Positions 9,138 through 22,931 of a stretch of 64,000 nucleotides of DNA are shown here, piece after piece. The DNA lies in NCBI GenBank assembly GCA_964527765.1, contig CAZGQR010000003.1, positions 75,366 through 139,365 on the forward strand, given 5' to 3'. A program made the translations under genes and the position numbers. The notes under the pieces are model-generated. The model did no database searches. It worked only from the letters and a program-made list of their open reading frames with translations, and was not told where the DNA came from. Positions within the stretch are counted from its first letter, which is position 1. The number at the start of each line of letters is the position of its first letter. The stretch is from an uncultured Planctomycetia bacterium (lineage in GTDB: Bacteria > Omnitrophota > Gorgyraeia > Tantalellales > Tantalellaceae).

Positions 9138-10622
9138 TTATTCTTCTCTGATCATGAAGGGCTTTTTTGCCTGCTCGAAATACCGCAGGCAGTTCTGAAG
9201 CCAGATCCCAATATTGTTGAATTTGATGTTTCTGCGCATCCTGCCCATCCTCCGCCTTCTTTCCTCCACCGGCATATGGAGAGCCTGATATATGGCATTG
9301 GCGATGTCTTCGATGCTGTACGGATTGACGGGAAGACAGTTCTTTATCTCGGCTATGGCCCCGGCGAACTTGGAAAGGACCAGAACGCCGTCATTGTCGG
9401 AATGGGCGGCAACGTATTCCTTGCACACAAGGTTCATCCCGTCCCTCAACGGGGTCACCAGGGCCACGTCCGACGCCAGATAAAGGGCTACCAGCTCCTC
9501 AAACGGGATCGTCCCGTAATTGTAATGGATGGGCGCCCACAGGCCTGTCGAGAACTTCCCGTTGACCCGCCCGATTATTTCATCGATCTCTTTCTTCAGC
9601 GTTTTGTAAGTCTCCACGTCTTCCCTGCTGGGGATCACCAGCTGATAATAAAAGAATTTTTCTGCCAGCTCGGGATGTTCGTTAAGAAGCTGCTCCAGGC
9701 CGAGCAGTCTTTCCTTTATGCCCTTGGAATAATCGATGCGGTCAATGCCGAGTATCAGTTTCGGGCACGCGGCCTGCTGAAGTATCTCCTCTTTTCTCGC
9801 GATCACTTCCGGCTTGCGCGATGTTCTGTCCAGCAGCTCGAAATCTATGCTTATGGGGTTGGCGAAAAAACGTGTTTTGATATTCTCCTCGATGGTTTTA
9901 TCCTTCGGGATGCTTTTTTCTTTAAGATAGACATCGACCGCTCCCAGGAAATTTTTCAAATACTGCCGGTGCTGAAAACCGACCGTATTGCAGCAAAGAA
10001 GGGACCTTAGTATCTGTCGCTGCCACGGCAAGATCGAAAAGATATCCATGTGCGGGAATGGTATGTGCAGGAAAAAGTGTATTTCCTGTTCCGGCCGCAG
10101 CTGCCTGAGGTAATAGGGCGCCAGGAACAGGTGGAAGTCCTGGATCCATACGATATCGTTTTCCGCGGCGACCCTGTCGATGCAGGCGGCAAAACGTTTA
10201 TTGACCGCAGCGTATGTTTCCCAGGCGGAATAATCAAGAAAGGATTTTTCGAAAAAATAATGAAAAAGCGCCCACAGGGTGCCGTTCGAAAAACGGTTAT
10301 AATATTCGTCCAGCTCGTTGTGGTTTATAGGCACGCAGCCGATGCGGTAGGATTTGCCCCGTTTCCGCCTGAGCTCCTCTTTGGATTCTACTTTCCCGAT
10401 GTCTATAAGTTTCAGTTTCTCTTTTTGCGGGCTTTCAGCGGGGTATCCGTCCCAGCCCAGCCATACCCCGTCGGCATCGAGCAGGATCGGCTCCATGGCG
10501 GTAATAAGCCCGCCCGCGGCTTTCCCCCAGGCAAAGTTGCCTTTTTCGTCCTTATACCTGTAAAAAGGAAGCCTGTTAGACACGACAACGAGGCCCCTGT
10601 CTTTGCCCTTAAAGCGGATCAT
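9138..10622 (-). CDS. otsA: alpha,alpha-trehalose-phosphate synthase (GT20)
   Basis: N-terminal LVVVSNRLP...GGL and overall OtsA-like sequence. RBS AAGGA lies upstream. Confidence 0.85.
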   Translation of the reverse strand: MIRFKGKDRGLVVVSNRLPFYRYKDEKGNFAWGKAAGGLITAMEPILLDADGVWLGWDGYPAESPQKEKLKLIDIGKVESKEELRRKRGKSYRIGCVPINHNELDEYYNRFSNGTLWALFHYFFEKSFLDYSAWETYAAVNKRFAACIDRVAAENDIVWIQDFHLFLAPYYLRQLRPEQEIHFFLHIPFPHMDIFSILPWQRQILRSLLCCNTVGFQHRQYLKNFLGAVDVYLKEKSIPKDKTIEENIKTRFFANPISIDFELLDRTSRKPEVIARKEEILQQAACPKLILGIDRIDYSKGIKERLLGLEQLLNEHPELAEKFFYYQLVIPSREDVETYKTLKKEIDEIIGRVNGKFSTGLWAPIHYNYGTIPFEELVALYLASDVALVTPLRDGMNLVCKEYVAAHSDNDGVLVLSKFAGAIAEIKNCLPVNPYSIEDIANAIYQALHMPVEERRRRMGRMRRNIKFNNIGIWLQNCLRYFEQAKKPFMIREE

Positions 10623-10751
10623 TTCCCCGTCCTTTTGCCTTCCGTATGAATATAGGTAGTATTATTATAATTTTTTATTATAACAATTAAGAAAGCTTAT
10701 TTCCAATGATTTCCTGTTCGAGTGATGTCGCGCGGGAAAACGGATATCAGA

Positions 10752-11795
10752 TCATTTTCGGCTGTAAGTCTCGGTGAATTTAATGATCATGTCCATCATC
10801 TTTACCGCCTCGACGGGATACCGACCGGCCGCCGATTCTTCCGAAAGCATCACGAAATCAGTGCCGTCGAGTATTGCATTGGCGACATCGGTGGTCTCGG
10901 CGCGCGTGGGCCGGCTGTGCTCGGTCATGTGCTCCAGCATCTGTGTCGCGGTGATCACGAACTTTTTCTTCTGGTTGCATTTTTTTATGATCATCTTCTG
11001 TATGATGGGGATCTCATAGATGGGCACCGCTACCCCCATGTCTCCTCTGGCCACCATTATGCCGTCCGAGGCATCAATGATCTCATCTATGTTCCTTATG
11101 GCCTCCCTGCTTTCTATCTTGGCCACGACAAGGCATTGAAAAGATCTCTGTTTTATGTGCTTCCTGATCGTATCGATGTCTTCCTTGCTGCGGACAAAAG
11201 ATTGAGAGACATAATCCACCTTGTGTTTTATCCCGAAATCAAGATCCTTTTTGTCTTTCGGCGTGACTCCGGCAAAGGGAATATGGACACCCGGCATGTT
11301 AATGCCCTTGCGCTCCTTCAGGATGCCCCCTTCGATCACTTCCGCTTTCACTTTCTTTTCTGATGTGCCCTTTGCTTTAAGGATTATATTGCCGTCATCT
11401 ATGTATATGAGCTGTCCCGCTTTTATCCCCTTCAGGTTTCCTTTGTAATCAAAGGGGATCACTCGCTCCTCCCCCGTATCCGGCTCTGCCGTAAGCCAGA
11501 CCGTTGCTTTTTTATCGAGCGTTTTGGTCTTTTTGCCCTTGAACCTGCATACCCGGATGCGAAATCCTTCCAGGTCCTGCATGATGCGGATATGCCGCCT
11601 GTATTTTTTGTTGATCTTTCTTATCAGTTCTATCCGCCCGAGGTGCTCTTTATGGCTCCCGTGTGAAAAATTGAGCCGGGCGACATTCAGCCCGGCCATG
11701 ACCATCTTGCGCAGCACGGTATAGCTGCTGCTGGCCGGTCCTATTGTCGCGATGATCTTTGTTCTGGCAAGTCTTTCCATTTTTTTTCTGGCCAT
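10752..11795 (-). CDS. pyk: pyruvate kinase, short form lacking the C-terminal regulatory domain
   Basis: [15 protein letters not shown] and [10 protein letters not shown] motifs. 347 aa. Confidence 0.8.
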   Translation of the reverse strand: MARKKMERLARTKIIATIGPASSSYTVLRKMVMAGLNVARLNFSHGSHKEHLGRIELIRKINKKYRRHIRIMQDLEGFRIRVCRFKGKKTKTLDKKATVWLTAEPDTGEERVIPFDYKGNLKGIKAGQLIYIDDGNIILKAKGTSEKKVKAEVIEGGILKERKGINMPGVHIPFAGVTPKDKKDLDFGIKHKVDYVSQSFVRSKEDIDTIRKHIKQRSFQCLVVAKIESREAIRNIDEIIDASDGIMVARGDMGVAVPIYEIPIIQKMIIKKCNQKKKFVITATQMLEHMTEHSRPTRAETTDVANAILDGTDFVMLSEESAAGRYPVEAVKMMDMIIKFTETYSRK

Positions 11796-11816
11796 GATTT
11801 GTCCTCCGCGTAGTTA

Positions 11817-12239
11817 TTATGAAATATCGTGCTTGCAGACCCGAAAGACCTGGATGTCGGGGGCATACCGCTTGAACATCTCAACGACATGCTCGTCGTC
11901 ATCGAAAAACATGCCCACATCGCTCTCCTTGCAGTACCTTACCTTCTGCCAGACGAATTTCTCATAGTCGCTGAGCCCGGCATGCGGGCAATCTTCCACC
12001 TCGCCTTCCTGTTTCGGAAGATGATATATTGTGTCATATGCGATGCTGCCCGCGCTTAGATCCCTCAGCGTTCTTTCCCTGTCCGCGTTCCGATCGGGCC
12101 TGGTAGTGACAACGTGCACTTCCCAGCCCTCTTTCCTGGCTGCATTTGAAAGAAGGCTGAAAAAATCGGGCTGTCTCATTATTGTGTCATCGACATCCAG
12201 CCCTATCTTTATTTTTTTCTTTTTTCCTTTTCGCGTCAT
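11817..12239 (-). CDS. HAD-superfamily phosphatase-like small protein
   Basis: DxDxT motif (LDVDDTI), 140 aa. Confidence 0.4.
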   Translation of the reverse strand: MTRKGKKKKIKIGLDVDDTIMRQPDFFSLLSNAARKEGWEVHVVTTRPDRNADRERTLRDLSAGSIAYDTIYHLPKQEGEVEDCPHAGLSDYEKFVWQKVRYCKESDVGMFFDDDEHVVEMFKRYAPDIQVFRVCKHDIS

Positions 12240-12248
12240 CTCTCCAGA

Positions 12249-12824
12249 TCATTTTTTCACGGCCGGCACTATTATTTTCCCTTCTTCGTCGTCCCCGTAA
12301 GCCGTGAAGTCTCCCTTCCTGTAATAATACGCCGTTACTGCGGCGCATACCGCGTCTAAAAGGTCCTGCCCGCCCTTCTTTGAAACGAAATGGATCGGCA
12401 GGTTAAAAAACAGCTTGCTGTCCTTGAAACAATTATACGAAGCTGTGGGGAAAACTTCTATCACGTTCGGCCGCCGGATCCCAAAAGCGTCGAATAAATA
12501 GAACCCCACCTGGAACCAATCATGTTTTTCGGAATCGAACGTCTCTCTTGTCGGGGTGAACTGCGGGTTTGCGAGCTTCCGGGATCTTATCTCTCTCTCG
12601 CACTGTCTGCCGTTTTTCGGCCCCTTAGAAAGATACCTCGAGGCGTCTATCGCGATGACGGAATCCTTTCCATACTTGTCATAGATCTTTCTGGCCAGCT
12701 TGATCGCGTCTTCCTTCGAAGAGACCTTCTCGGCCAGGATCTTCTCGATCTCAAGCCGATCGTTCAACACGGCGATAACCTGGTTTCTCTTGCTGCCCGC
12801 GACATCGATCCCTATATATCTCAC
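12249..12824 (-). CDS. RNase H-like fold protein (DUF429-like)
   Basis: N-terminal MRYIGIDVAG motif typical of RNase-H-fold DUF429/YqgF-like proteins. Confidence 0.3.
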   Translation of the reverse strand: MRYIGIDVAGSKRNQVIAVLNDRLEIEKILAEKVSSKEDAIKLARKIYDKYGKDSVIAIDASRYLSKGPKNGRQCEREIRSRKLANPQFTPTRETFDSEKHDWFQVGFYLFDAFGIRRPNVIEVFPTASYNCFKDSKLFFNLPIHFVSKKGGQDLLDAVCAAVTAYYYRKGDFTAYGDDEEGKIIVPAVKK

Positions 12825-12842
12825 GCCTGCTCTCCCGGATCC

Positions 12843-13103
12843 TTACTCCTCTTCGGTCTCTATTAATCTTTTCCGCTGTATATATTCTGTCTTTGTCAGT
12901 CCTCCGCGCTGATACTCCCGGTCAAGATCCCTCATCAGCCTGTCATGCCGCGGCCGGGGTCCGGATCCCGCCAGCGGCTCCGGAGGCGGATCCGCTTCAG
13001 AGCCTATCCGCTCCCCGGGTTCCGCCTTGTCCTCTCCGGCAAAAGCTGAGGCGGCAGTGCCGGACCCTTTCGGCGCTGCCGTCAAAAGAGCAATGATCGC
13101 CAT
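12843..13103 (-). CDS. small secreted or lipoprotein with a SHOCT-like C-terminus
   Basis: Internal Met start gives the signal peptide MAIIALLTAAPKGSG. The C-terminus GGLTKTEYIQRKRLI resembles a SHOCT motif. Low-complexity Pro/Glu-rich middle. Confidence 0.3.
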   Translation of the reverse strand: MAIIALLTAAPKGSGTAASAFAGEDKAEPGERIGSEADPPPEPLAGSGPRPRHDRLMRDLDREYQRGGLTKTEYIQRKRLIETEEE

Positions 13104-13252
13104 ACACAGAAAAAATTTTATCTTCACGCGGGTCCCTCTCGTTATCCTGCTCCAAAGATACGCCTTTCCATCCTCTGTAATTATAGCGTATCTTGAATAA
13201 GGCGGGAAGAAATAAAAAGCCCGGCTTAAGATCAGCCGGGCTCCTAACATCT

Positions 13253-13329
13253 GGCGGGGCGGACGGGGCTCGAACCCGCGACCTTCGGATCGACAGTCCG
13301 ACGTTCTAAACCAACTGAACTACCGCCCC
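13253..13329 (-). tRNA. tRNA-Asp (GTC)
   Basis: Cloverleaf folded by hand. Anticodon loop cuGUCga, T-loop TTCGAGC, encoded CCA. Confidence 0.8.
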
Positions 13330-13415
13330 TTTGAGCGTGTGTTTATTTATAACACAGAACACCTGGCGCGTCAATCGCTCCGTAACGCATCGGCCGAGAG
13401 TCCGAATTTCAATAG

Positions 13416-13493
13416 TGGTGGGCGATGTAGGATTCGAACCTACGACATCTACCTTGTAAGGGTAGCGCTCTAAACCAGCTGAGCTAATCGCCC
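13416..13493 (-). tRNA. tRNA-Val (TAC)
   Basis: Cloverleaf folded by hand. Anticodon loop cuUACaa, T-loop TTCGAAT, encoded CCA. Confidence 0.8.
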
Positions 13494-13554
13494 GCGCCCG
13501 ATTCCCTGAAAAACGTATTATATATTGGCCCCGAAAATATGTCAAACCCGACCG

Positions 13555-15411
13555 CTATTCCACCGTGACCGATTTGGCGAGATTGCGCGGCTGATCTATA
13601 TCATACCCGAAGTCCTCAGCCACATGATACGCCAAGAGCTGCAGCGGGATGGCGACAAGGATCGGCGAGAACGTTTCCTTGATCCGCGGGATCTCGATAA
13701 TATCGTCTATACGGCCGTCCCGCAGCACCTTGTCGCCCTCAGAGATAATGGCGATAACGATGCCGCCTCTGGCCTTGATCTCCTGAATGTTCGATATCAT
13801 CTTGTCGTAGGTATCAGCCTGCGGCGCGATGCAGACCACCCACGGGTTTTCGTCTATAAGGGCGATCGGGCCGTGTTTCATCTCTCCCGCGGGATACCCT
13901 TCCGCGCTGATATAAGAGATCTCCTTGAGCTTTAATGCCCCTTCAAGCGCGTTGGGATAGTTTATGTTTCTCCCCAGATAAAGAAAACAGCTTTTGTTGT
14001 TTCGGGCCAGGTAATATTCATGGAAGTCCGCGGCGTATTTCGCAAGAACATTTCCCCGCGAACGGTATTTATCCAGCAGCCTGTCGGCGAGAGCCGGTAT
14101 CTTCTTGAGGTCTTTGAGAAATTGCGCCCTCTCCCTTGCGGGGCGTTTTTTTACCCGGGCAAGATAATAAGTTAAAAGATACAGCACGGCAAGCTGCGCA
14201 GTATATGCCTTGGTGGATGCCACGGCTATTTCCGGGCCGGCGTGCGTGTATATCACCCCGTCGGACTCCCTGGCGATGGAGCTGCCCAGAACGTTGCATA
14301 TGGCCAGGACGAGCGCGCCTCTTTTTTTTGCTTCCCGCAGCGCCGCCAGGGTGTCGGCCGTTTCGCCGGATTGCGATATGACGATCACCAGCGTATCCTT
14401 GCCCACCAGAGGGGCCCGATAGCGGAACTCGCTTGAGAAATCCACCCATACCGGGATCTTCGCATATCTTTCGATCATGTATTTACCGGTGACCCCTGCG
14501 TGATATGCCGTTCCGCAGGCAACGACCGCGATCCTTTGCGCTTTTCTGAACTGCGTTTCGGAAATCGCGAGTTCTTCGAATCTCACCCTGCCCGTCTTTA
14601 TTCTTTCCTTGAAAATATTGCGCAGCACTTCGGGCTGTTCAAAGATCTCCTTCAGCATAAAATGTTTGTATCCCGATTTCTCGGCCTGTGATATGTCCCA
14701 TTTTACCGCTGTCGGCCTTCTGCGGACCTTTTTTCCTTTTGCGCCCCAAATAACGCATCCCTTCGCCGAAAGATCCGCCACTTCGCCGCTTTCAAGATAA
14801 ATCGCCTTTTTAGTGTACTCGAGCACGGCAGGTATATCGCTGGCGATAAAATTCTCTTCCTCCCCCAGGCCGACGATCAGCGGGCTGTCCCTGCGCGCTC
14901 CGACGATCCTTCCCGGCTCCCCCTTGTGCACTACCGCTACCGCGAAAGAGCCTTTCAGTTTCTTTATCGCCGTCCTGACGGCCATGCAAAGATCCCCTTT
15001 ATAGTGCTGTGCGATCAGATGCGCGATGACCTCGCTGTCGGTGTCGGAAGAGAATGCATATCCTTTGTTCTGCAGTTTTTTCTTCAGTTCGAGGTAGTTC
15101 TCGATAATGCCGTTATGAACGATTGCGATATGCGTTCTGGGGTCGACGTGAGGGTGCGCGTTTATATCGTTGGGGGCTCCGTGCGTCGCCCATCGCGTGT
15201 GGCCTATGCCCGTCTTTCCCCTGAGCGGTGCGCGTTTAAGCTCGTCTATCAGAACGGACAGTTTGCCCTGTTTTTTCCTCACATGCAGTTCTCCCCCCCT
15301 TAAAACAGCGACTCCCGCTGAGTCGTACCCGCGGTATTCAAGGCGGGAAAGTCCCTTGATGAGAATTTTTGACGCGTCCTGATTTCCTGTGTATCCTATG
15401 ATCCCGCACAT
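13555..15411 (-). CDS. glmS: glutamine--fructose-6-phosphate aminotransferase
   Basis: MCGIIGY N-terminal nucleophile and SIS domains, full length (618 aa). Confidence 0.95.
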   Translation of the reverse strand: MCGIIGYTGNQDASKILIKGLSRLEYRGYDSAGVAVLRGGELHVRKKQGKLSVLIDELKRAPLRGKTGIGHTRWATHGAPNDINAHPHVDPRTHIAIVHNGIIENYLELKKKLQNKGYAFSSDTDSEVIAHLIAQHYKGDLCMAVRTAIKKLKGSFAVAVVHKGEPGRIVGARRDSPLIVGLGEEENFIASDIPAVLEYTKKAIYLESGEVADLSAKGCVIWGAKGKKVRRRPTAVKWDISQAEKSGYKHFMLKEIFEQPEVLRNIFKERIKTGRVRFEELAISETQFRKAQRIAVVACGTAYHAGVTGKYMIERYAKIPVWVDFSSEFRYRAPLVGKDTLVIVISQSGETADTLAALREAKKRGALVLAICNVLGSSIARESDGVIYTHAGPEIAVASTKAYTAQLAVLYLLTYYLARVKKRPARERAQFLKDLKKIPALADRLLDKYRSRGNVLAKYAADFHEYYLARNNKSCFLYLGRNINYPNALEGALKLKEISYISAEGYPAGEMKHGPIALIDENPWVVCIAPQADTYDKMISNIQEIKARGGIVIAIISEGDKVLRDGRIDDIIEIPRIKETFSPILVAIPLQLLAYHVAEDFGYDIDQPRNLAKSVTVE

Positions 15412-15454
15412 GGTATGGCCGTTCTCCTAATGCCTCTTTTTGCACGCTCCGCGA

Positions 15455-15982
15455 TTATCGTTCCCGGAACTTTTCCATGAGATTCATAATGTCGTTCCTC
15501 GCACAGCGCCCTACCAGGGAAGCCATGTAAAGAAGAATGGACAGCTGCCAGCAATCTTCAGGGCCGAGGATAAGCGCCGTGTTAACGTTTTCCTCGCGCT
15601 CCAGTTCCTTTTTGTATTTTTCTACGCCTTTTGCCAGGGACAGTTCCTCAAGTTCCAGTTTCTCCACGGTGTTATTGTACTTAAGCGACGGAAACCTTAT
15701 CCCTCTCATCAGGAGAAACATCTGCATGGCGCCCTGTTCTATCTCGAGGTCCTGTTCAAAATCAAATCCCTCGAACTGCGGCAGATCTTCCGGAAGGAGT
15801 ATCATGGGTTTTTCTATGATTATCTTTCCTTTTCTTACTATTGTATGCCCTTCGTTCACGACGGACTCCGCCAGAAACATGTACGGCACCGCCGTGCTTG
15901 CGAACGTCGAGAGCCCTTTGGCGCGGCCTCTTATCACTTCGGTCTTTTCCTGTGCTTTCTCCCAAAGCTGTTCAATGTCCAT
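15455..15982 (-). CDS. hypothetical protein
   Basis: 175-aa ORF, co-directional and just downstream of tRNA-Glu. No recognisable motif. Confidence 0.35.
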   Translation of the reverse strand: MDIEQLWEKAQEKTEVIRGRAKGLSTFASTAVPYMFLAESVVNEGHTIVRKGKIIIEKPMILLPEDLPQFEGFDFEQDLEIEQGAMQMFLLMRGIRFPSLKYNNTVEKLELEELSLAKGVEKYKKELEREENVNTALILGPEDCWQLSILLYMASLVGRCARNDIMNLMEKFRER

Positions 15983-16097
15983 GCTCTCTCCTCAAAAATA
16001 CCCCCTCCCCATAAAGGAAGGGGAACAGCCGGGCCGGACCGGCCCTTTTCCCCGCTATTCGCTCGGCGCAAATCTCCCTTCGAATCCTTCAATAAGA

Positions 16098-16175
16098 TGG
16101 CGTCCCCAAGGGGATTCGAACCCCTGTCGACAGATCGAAAATCTGTTGTCCTAGGCCAGGCTAGACGATGGGGAC
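16098..16175 (-). tRNA. tRNA-Glu (TTC)
   Basis: Cloverleaf folded by hand. Anticodon loop uuUUCga, T-loop TTCGAAT, CCA encoded. A hairpin plus T-tract lies downstream on the minus strand (~15990-16050). Confidence 0.8.
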
Positions 16176-16224
16176 GCAAACGCGGTTTATTGTACAAAAG
16201 CCTTTCTTTATTTGCAACTCTTTT

Positions 16225-18687
16225 TTACTCTTCGCTCTTACCTTCTTCCGCCGCCTCTTCCTCTTCTTTCGCCACAACGCTCGCGACGGAGGTCAGCCTG
16301 TCCGGAGACTTCAGGCTTATGACCCTTACCCCCTGTGTCGCTCTTCCGACCTTGCTTATTCCTTTAACGGCCGCCCTGACGACCATTCCCTTCTTTGAGA
16401 TCAGCATGATCTCATTTTCCTCCCGGACGGCCTTGACCCCCACGACCGAACCGTTCTTTGCGACAACCTTGAGGTTAATTATCCCGCTGCCGCCTCTTGA
16501 CTGCCGGCGATAAGCATCAAACTCGGTTCGCTTGCCGAATCCTCCTTCGGTCACGGTCAGAAGCGCCCCGGAGGGGTCCACTTTCGTCATGCCGACGACC
16601 CTGTCCTTCTTCTTCAGCGATATGCCCTTGACCCCTTGCGCGCCGCGCCCCATGGGTCTTATATCTTTTTCAGAAAATCGTATCGCTTTTCCGTTCGCGG
16701 TCGCCAGGCAGATCTCATCCTTGCCGCCGGAAAGAACCGATTCTATAAGCTGGTCTCCCTTCCCGAGGGTAACGGCAATGATGCCCCCCTTTCGGGGGTT
16801 GCTGAAAGCGGTCAGCGGTGTTTTCTTTATTTTGCCCTGCTCCGTGGCCATAACAACAAACTCGCCTTCGGTGAATTCCCGGACAGGGACAACGGATGTT
16901 ATCTTCTCGTCGCCGGAGACCCCGATAAGGTTGACGATGGGCCGCCCCTTGGTCCTGCGCCCGGCCTGGGGGATCTCGTGCACCTTGAGCCAGTGCAGTT
17001 TGCCCGCGCTGGTAAAAATGAGCATGTAGTCATGCGTCGAGGCGACGAAAAGGTGTTCGACGAAATCCTCTTCCCTGGTCTCGGCCCCCGTCACGCCTTT
17101 TCCTCCGCGCCGCTGTTTCTTGTAAGCGCTCACGGGGAACCTCTTTATATATCCCGCATGGCTCAGGGTGATCACCATGTCTTCTTCCGCGATAAGGTCT
17201 TCTATGTCTATGTCCTCCGCGGCCGCGGTAACCTCCGTCCTGCGGGGGTCTCCGAATTTTTCCTTGACCTCCAACGACTCTTCCTTGATAATGCCCAGGA
17301 CTTTTTTCTCGCTTGCCAGTATCCCCTTCAGTTTTTCTATGGTCTTCAAAAGCTCCAGGTATTCGTTCTGTATCTTTTCTGTCTCAAGGTTGGTCAGTTG
17401 CTGCAGCCTCATGGCCAGTATCGCCAGCGCCTGTTTCTCGGAAAGGCTGAATTTTTTCATGAGCCCCACTTTTGCCGCTTCCGGATCTTTTGACTTCTTG
17501 ATGAGCTTTATGACTTCATCCAGGTTCTTGATGGCGATCTTCAGGCCCTCGAGGATATGGGCCCTTTCCTCTGCCCTGGCAAGATCGAACCTTGTCCGTT
17601 TTATGATCACATCTTTGCGGTGCTTGACAAAAAGCTCCAGCATCTCCTTCAGGTTAAGGATCCTGGGCTGCATATCGACTATGGCGAGCATTATGACCCC
17701 GAAGGTGTCCCGCATCTGGGTGTGTTTATAAAGCTGGTTCATGAGGACTTCCGAGTTATACCCGCGCCGGACATCTATCACCACTCTCATGCCGTCCCGG
17801 TCGGATTCGTCCCTGATATCCGCGATGCCTTCGACTTTCTTGTTTTTGACAAGGCTGGCGATCGAAGTAATAAGGCGCGTCTTGTTGACCTGATAGGGGA
17901 TCTCCGTGATCACTATGCTCTCTTTCCCCTGTTTTTTCTGCTCCACATGCACCTTCGCGTGCAGGGTGAGGGACCCTCTGCCTGTCCGGTAAGCCCTGCG
18001 GATCTCGTCCTTCCCGCAGATAAGCGCCCCCGTCGGAAAATCCGGGCCCTTGACGATCTTCGCCAGGTCATCGACCGAACAATCCGGATTATCTATGAGA
18101 TAGCATGTCGCGTCCACGATCTCCGTGAGATTGTGCGGAGGTATGTTCGTGGCCATCCCGACGGCGATCCCGCTGGAACCGTTGAGCAGGAGGTTGGGCA
18201 ATACCGCCGGAAGGACTTCCGGCTCTGAAAGCGACCCGTCAAAATTGGGCTGGAAACCCACCGTCTCTTTTTCTATGTCCTTGAGCATCCATTCGGTTAT
18301 CTGCTGCAGTCTTGCTTCTGTATACCGCATCGCAGCTGCCGGGTCTCCGTCAACGGACCCGAAATTGCCCTGACCGTCGATGAGGGGATACCTGAGAGAG
18401 AAGTCCTGCACCATGCGCACGAGCGTGTCATAAACCGCCGCGTCCCCGTGCGGGTGGTATTTTCCAAGAACCTCGCCGACGATCCTCGCGCTTTTTTTGA
18501 ACGACTTGCTGTACACAAGTCCCATATCCTTCATCGCGTAAAGTATGCGTCGATGAACGGGCTTAAGCCCGTCCCGCACATCCGGCAGTGCGCGTCCGAC
18601 GATCACGCTCATGGCGTAATTTATGTACGAGTCCTTCATCTCTTCTTCGATATAGACCGGAATGATCTTCTCGTTTCTTGTATACAT
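16225..18687 (-). CDS. gyrA: DNA gyrase subunit A
   Basis: Active-site region AAMRYTE, 820 aa, C-terminal beta-pinwheel repeats. Confidence 0.95.
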   Translation of the reverse strand: MYTRNEKIIPVYIEEEMKDSYINYAMSVIVGRALPDVRDGLKPVHRRILYAMKDMGLVYSKSFKKSARIVGEVLGKYHPHGDAAVYDTLVRMVQDFSLRYPLIDGQGNFGSVDGDPAAAMRYTEARLQQITEWMLKDIEKETVGFQPNFDGSLSEPEVLPAVLPNLLLNGSSGIAVGMATNIPPHNLTEIVDATCYLIDNPDCSVDDLAKIVKGPDFPTGALICGKDEIRRAYRTGRGSLTLHAKVHVEQKKQGKESIVITEIPYQVNKTRLITSIASLVKNKKVEGIADIRDESDRDGMRVVIDVRRGYNSEVLMNQLYKHTQMRDTFGVIMLAIVDMQPRILNLKEMLELFVKHRKDVIIKRTRFDLARAEERAHILEGLKIAIKNLDEVIKLIKKSKDPEAAKVGLMKKFSLSEKQALAILAMRLQQLTNLETEKIQNEYLELLKTIEKLKGILASEKKVLGIIKEESLEVKEKFGDPRRTEVTAAAEDIDIEDLIAEEDMVITLSHAGYIKRFPVSAYKKQRRGGKGVTGAETREEDFVEHLFVASTHDYMLIFTSAGKLHWLKVHEIPQAGRRTKGRPIVNLIGVSGDEKITSVVPVREFTEGEFVVMATEQGKIKKTPLTAFSNPRKGGIIAVTLGKGDQLIESVLSGGKDEICLATANGKAIRFSEKDIRPMGRGAQGVKGISLKKKDRVVGMTKVDPSGALLTVTEGGFGKRTEFDAYRRQSRGGSGIINLKVVAKNGSVVGVKAVREENEIMLISKKGMVVRAAVKGISKVGRATQGVRVISLKSPDRLTSVASVVAKEEEEAAEEGKSEE

Positions 18688-18726
18688 TTTTTCTCCCGTT
18701 TATTCGCTCTTGCCTTTTGGTCCGCC

Positions 18727-21663
<2,937 letters not shown>

Positions 21664-21667
<4 letters not shown>

Positions 21668-22767
21668 GCCGCCAGCTGCATAGGCAGCACCACGTAGGTG
21701 TATTCCTCTCCGTGCCGCACTACTCCCGGCTTGTTGGAATCGTTGACCTCAAAAACAATTTTCTCGTCCGACAGGTTTTTCAGGACATCTATAAGGTATC
21801 GGGGGTTAAACCCTATTTCTACGTCCGGCCCCCCTTTATATTCCACGTCTATCTCCTCTTTTGCCTCTCCGAGATAAGGGGTGTTTTTGGAAATGGTCAT
21901 TTTCTTTTTCTTTATATTAAGCTTGATCGCCATGGAGTCCTGGTCCGTGAAAATACTGGCTCTTCGCGCGGCGGATAAGAACTCTTCTCTGGGTATTTGT
22001 ACTTCCTTCGGCGACCTTTCGGGGATGACGTTCCTGTAGTTGGGGTATTCCCCTTCTATCAGCCTGGACAGGACGAAGCTGTTCTCAAAAGAGAACAGGA
22101 CCTGGTTGTCGCTGAACTTGATCTGCACTTCACCTTCATCCCGCAGCATCCTTTTTACTTCCTGAACTGTTTTGGTCGGGATAATGGCGTCCCTGTCCAC
22201 AAGCGTCTTTTTTGAAAGACGTTTCTTGACCAGCGCCAGCCTTCTGCCGTCTGTCGCCACCACGGATATTTGATCTCCCTTTACGCTGAGCAGTACGCCG
22301 TTCAACACAAACCGGGTGTCGTCTTTACTGATGGCGAAATCCGTGAGGTTCAGCATTTCCCTTAAGATGCTCTGTTTGATGGTAATGGAATCTTTGTCTT
22401 TGAAGGCCGGTAGTTGGGGAAATTCCTCTTGAGGCAGGCCGATTATCTTGAAAAGGGCTTTTCCGCTTTTTATTATCACAAAGTTGTTTTTTTTCATAGA
22501 AAGGTCCACGTCGCTTCCGTCCGGAAGGGCTTTGATGATGTCAAAGAATTTTCTTGCCGGTATCGTTGTCGCTCCCGCCTGTTGGGTTGTAATAGGTATC
22601 GTCGCGCATATCCCTATATCAAGGTCCGTGGCCGTTAATTTTAGATTGTTGCCTTCCACCTCAAGCAAGACATTGTTTAAAATAGGAAGGCTGCTTTTGG
22701 GGGATATTGCGTTTTGGACGATCTGGATACCTTCCATTAAGGTGTCTTTTGTTGTTTTTATTTCCAT
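21664..22767 (-). CDS. dnaN: DNA polymerase III beta sliding clamp
   Basis: 367 aa with three clamp-domain repeats, immediately downstream of dnaA. Confidence 0.9.
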
Positions 22768-22931
22768 TTCTTCCTCCTATGTAACCACTGTTTTACTACA
22801 AGTAAGAATATATTAAATATTGTAGTCGTATTAGTAAAAGAGCCTGTAAGTTGTGTGATTTTACGATAACCCCCCGCCAGAAAAGAACTTGCATTATTAA
22901 CAACCTGTGGATAAGTACGGGATAACTTTAA
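22768..22931. promoter_or_regulatory. putative oriC core: AT-rich unwinding region plus a perfect DnaA box
   Basis: dnaA-dnaN intergenic region. AT-rich stretch 22801-22845 and TGTGGATAA (reverse complement of TTATCCACA) at 22906-22914. Confidence 0.5.

Noticed and set aside
9024-10010. 328-aa plus-strand ORF
   Set aside because: Antisense to otsA. No recognisable domain.
13306-13545. 79-aa minus-strand ORF
   Set aside because: It lies over tRNA-Asp and tRNA-Val.
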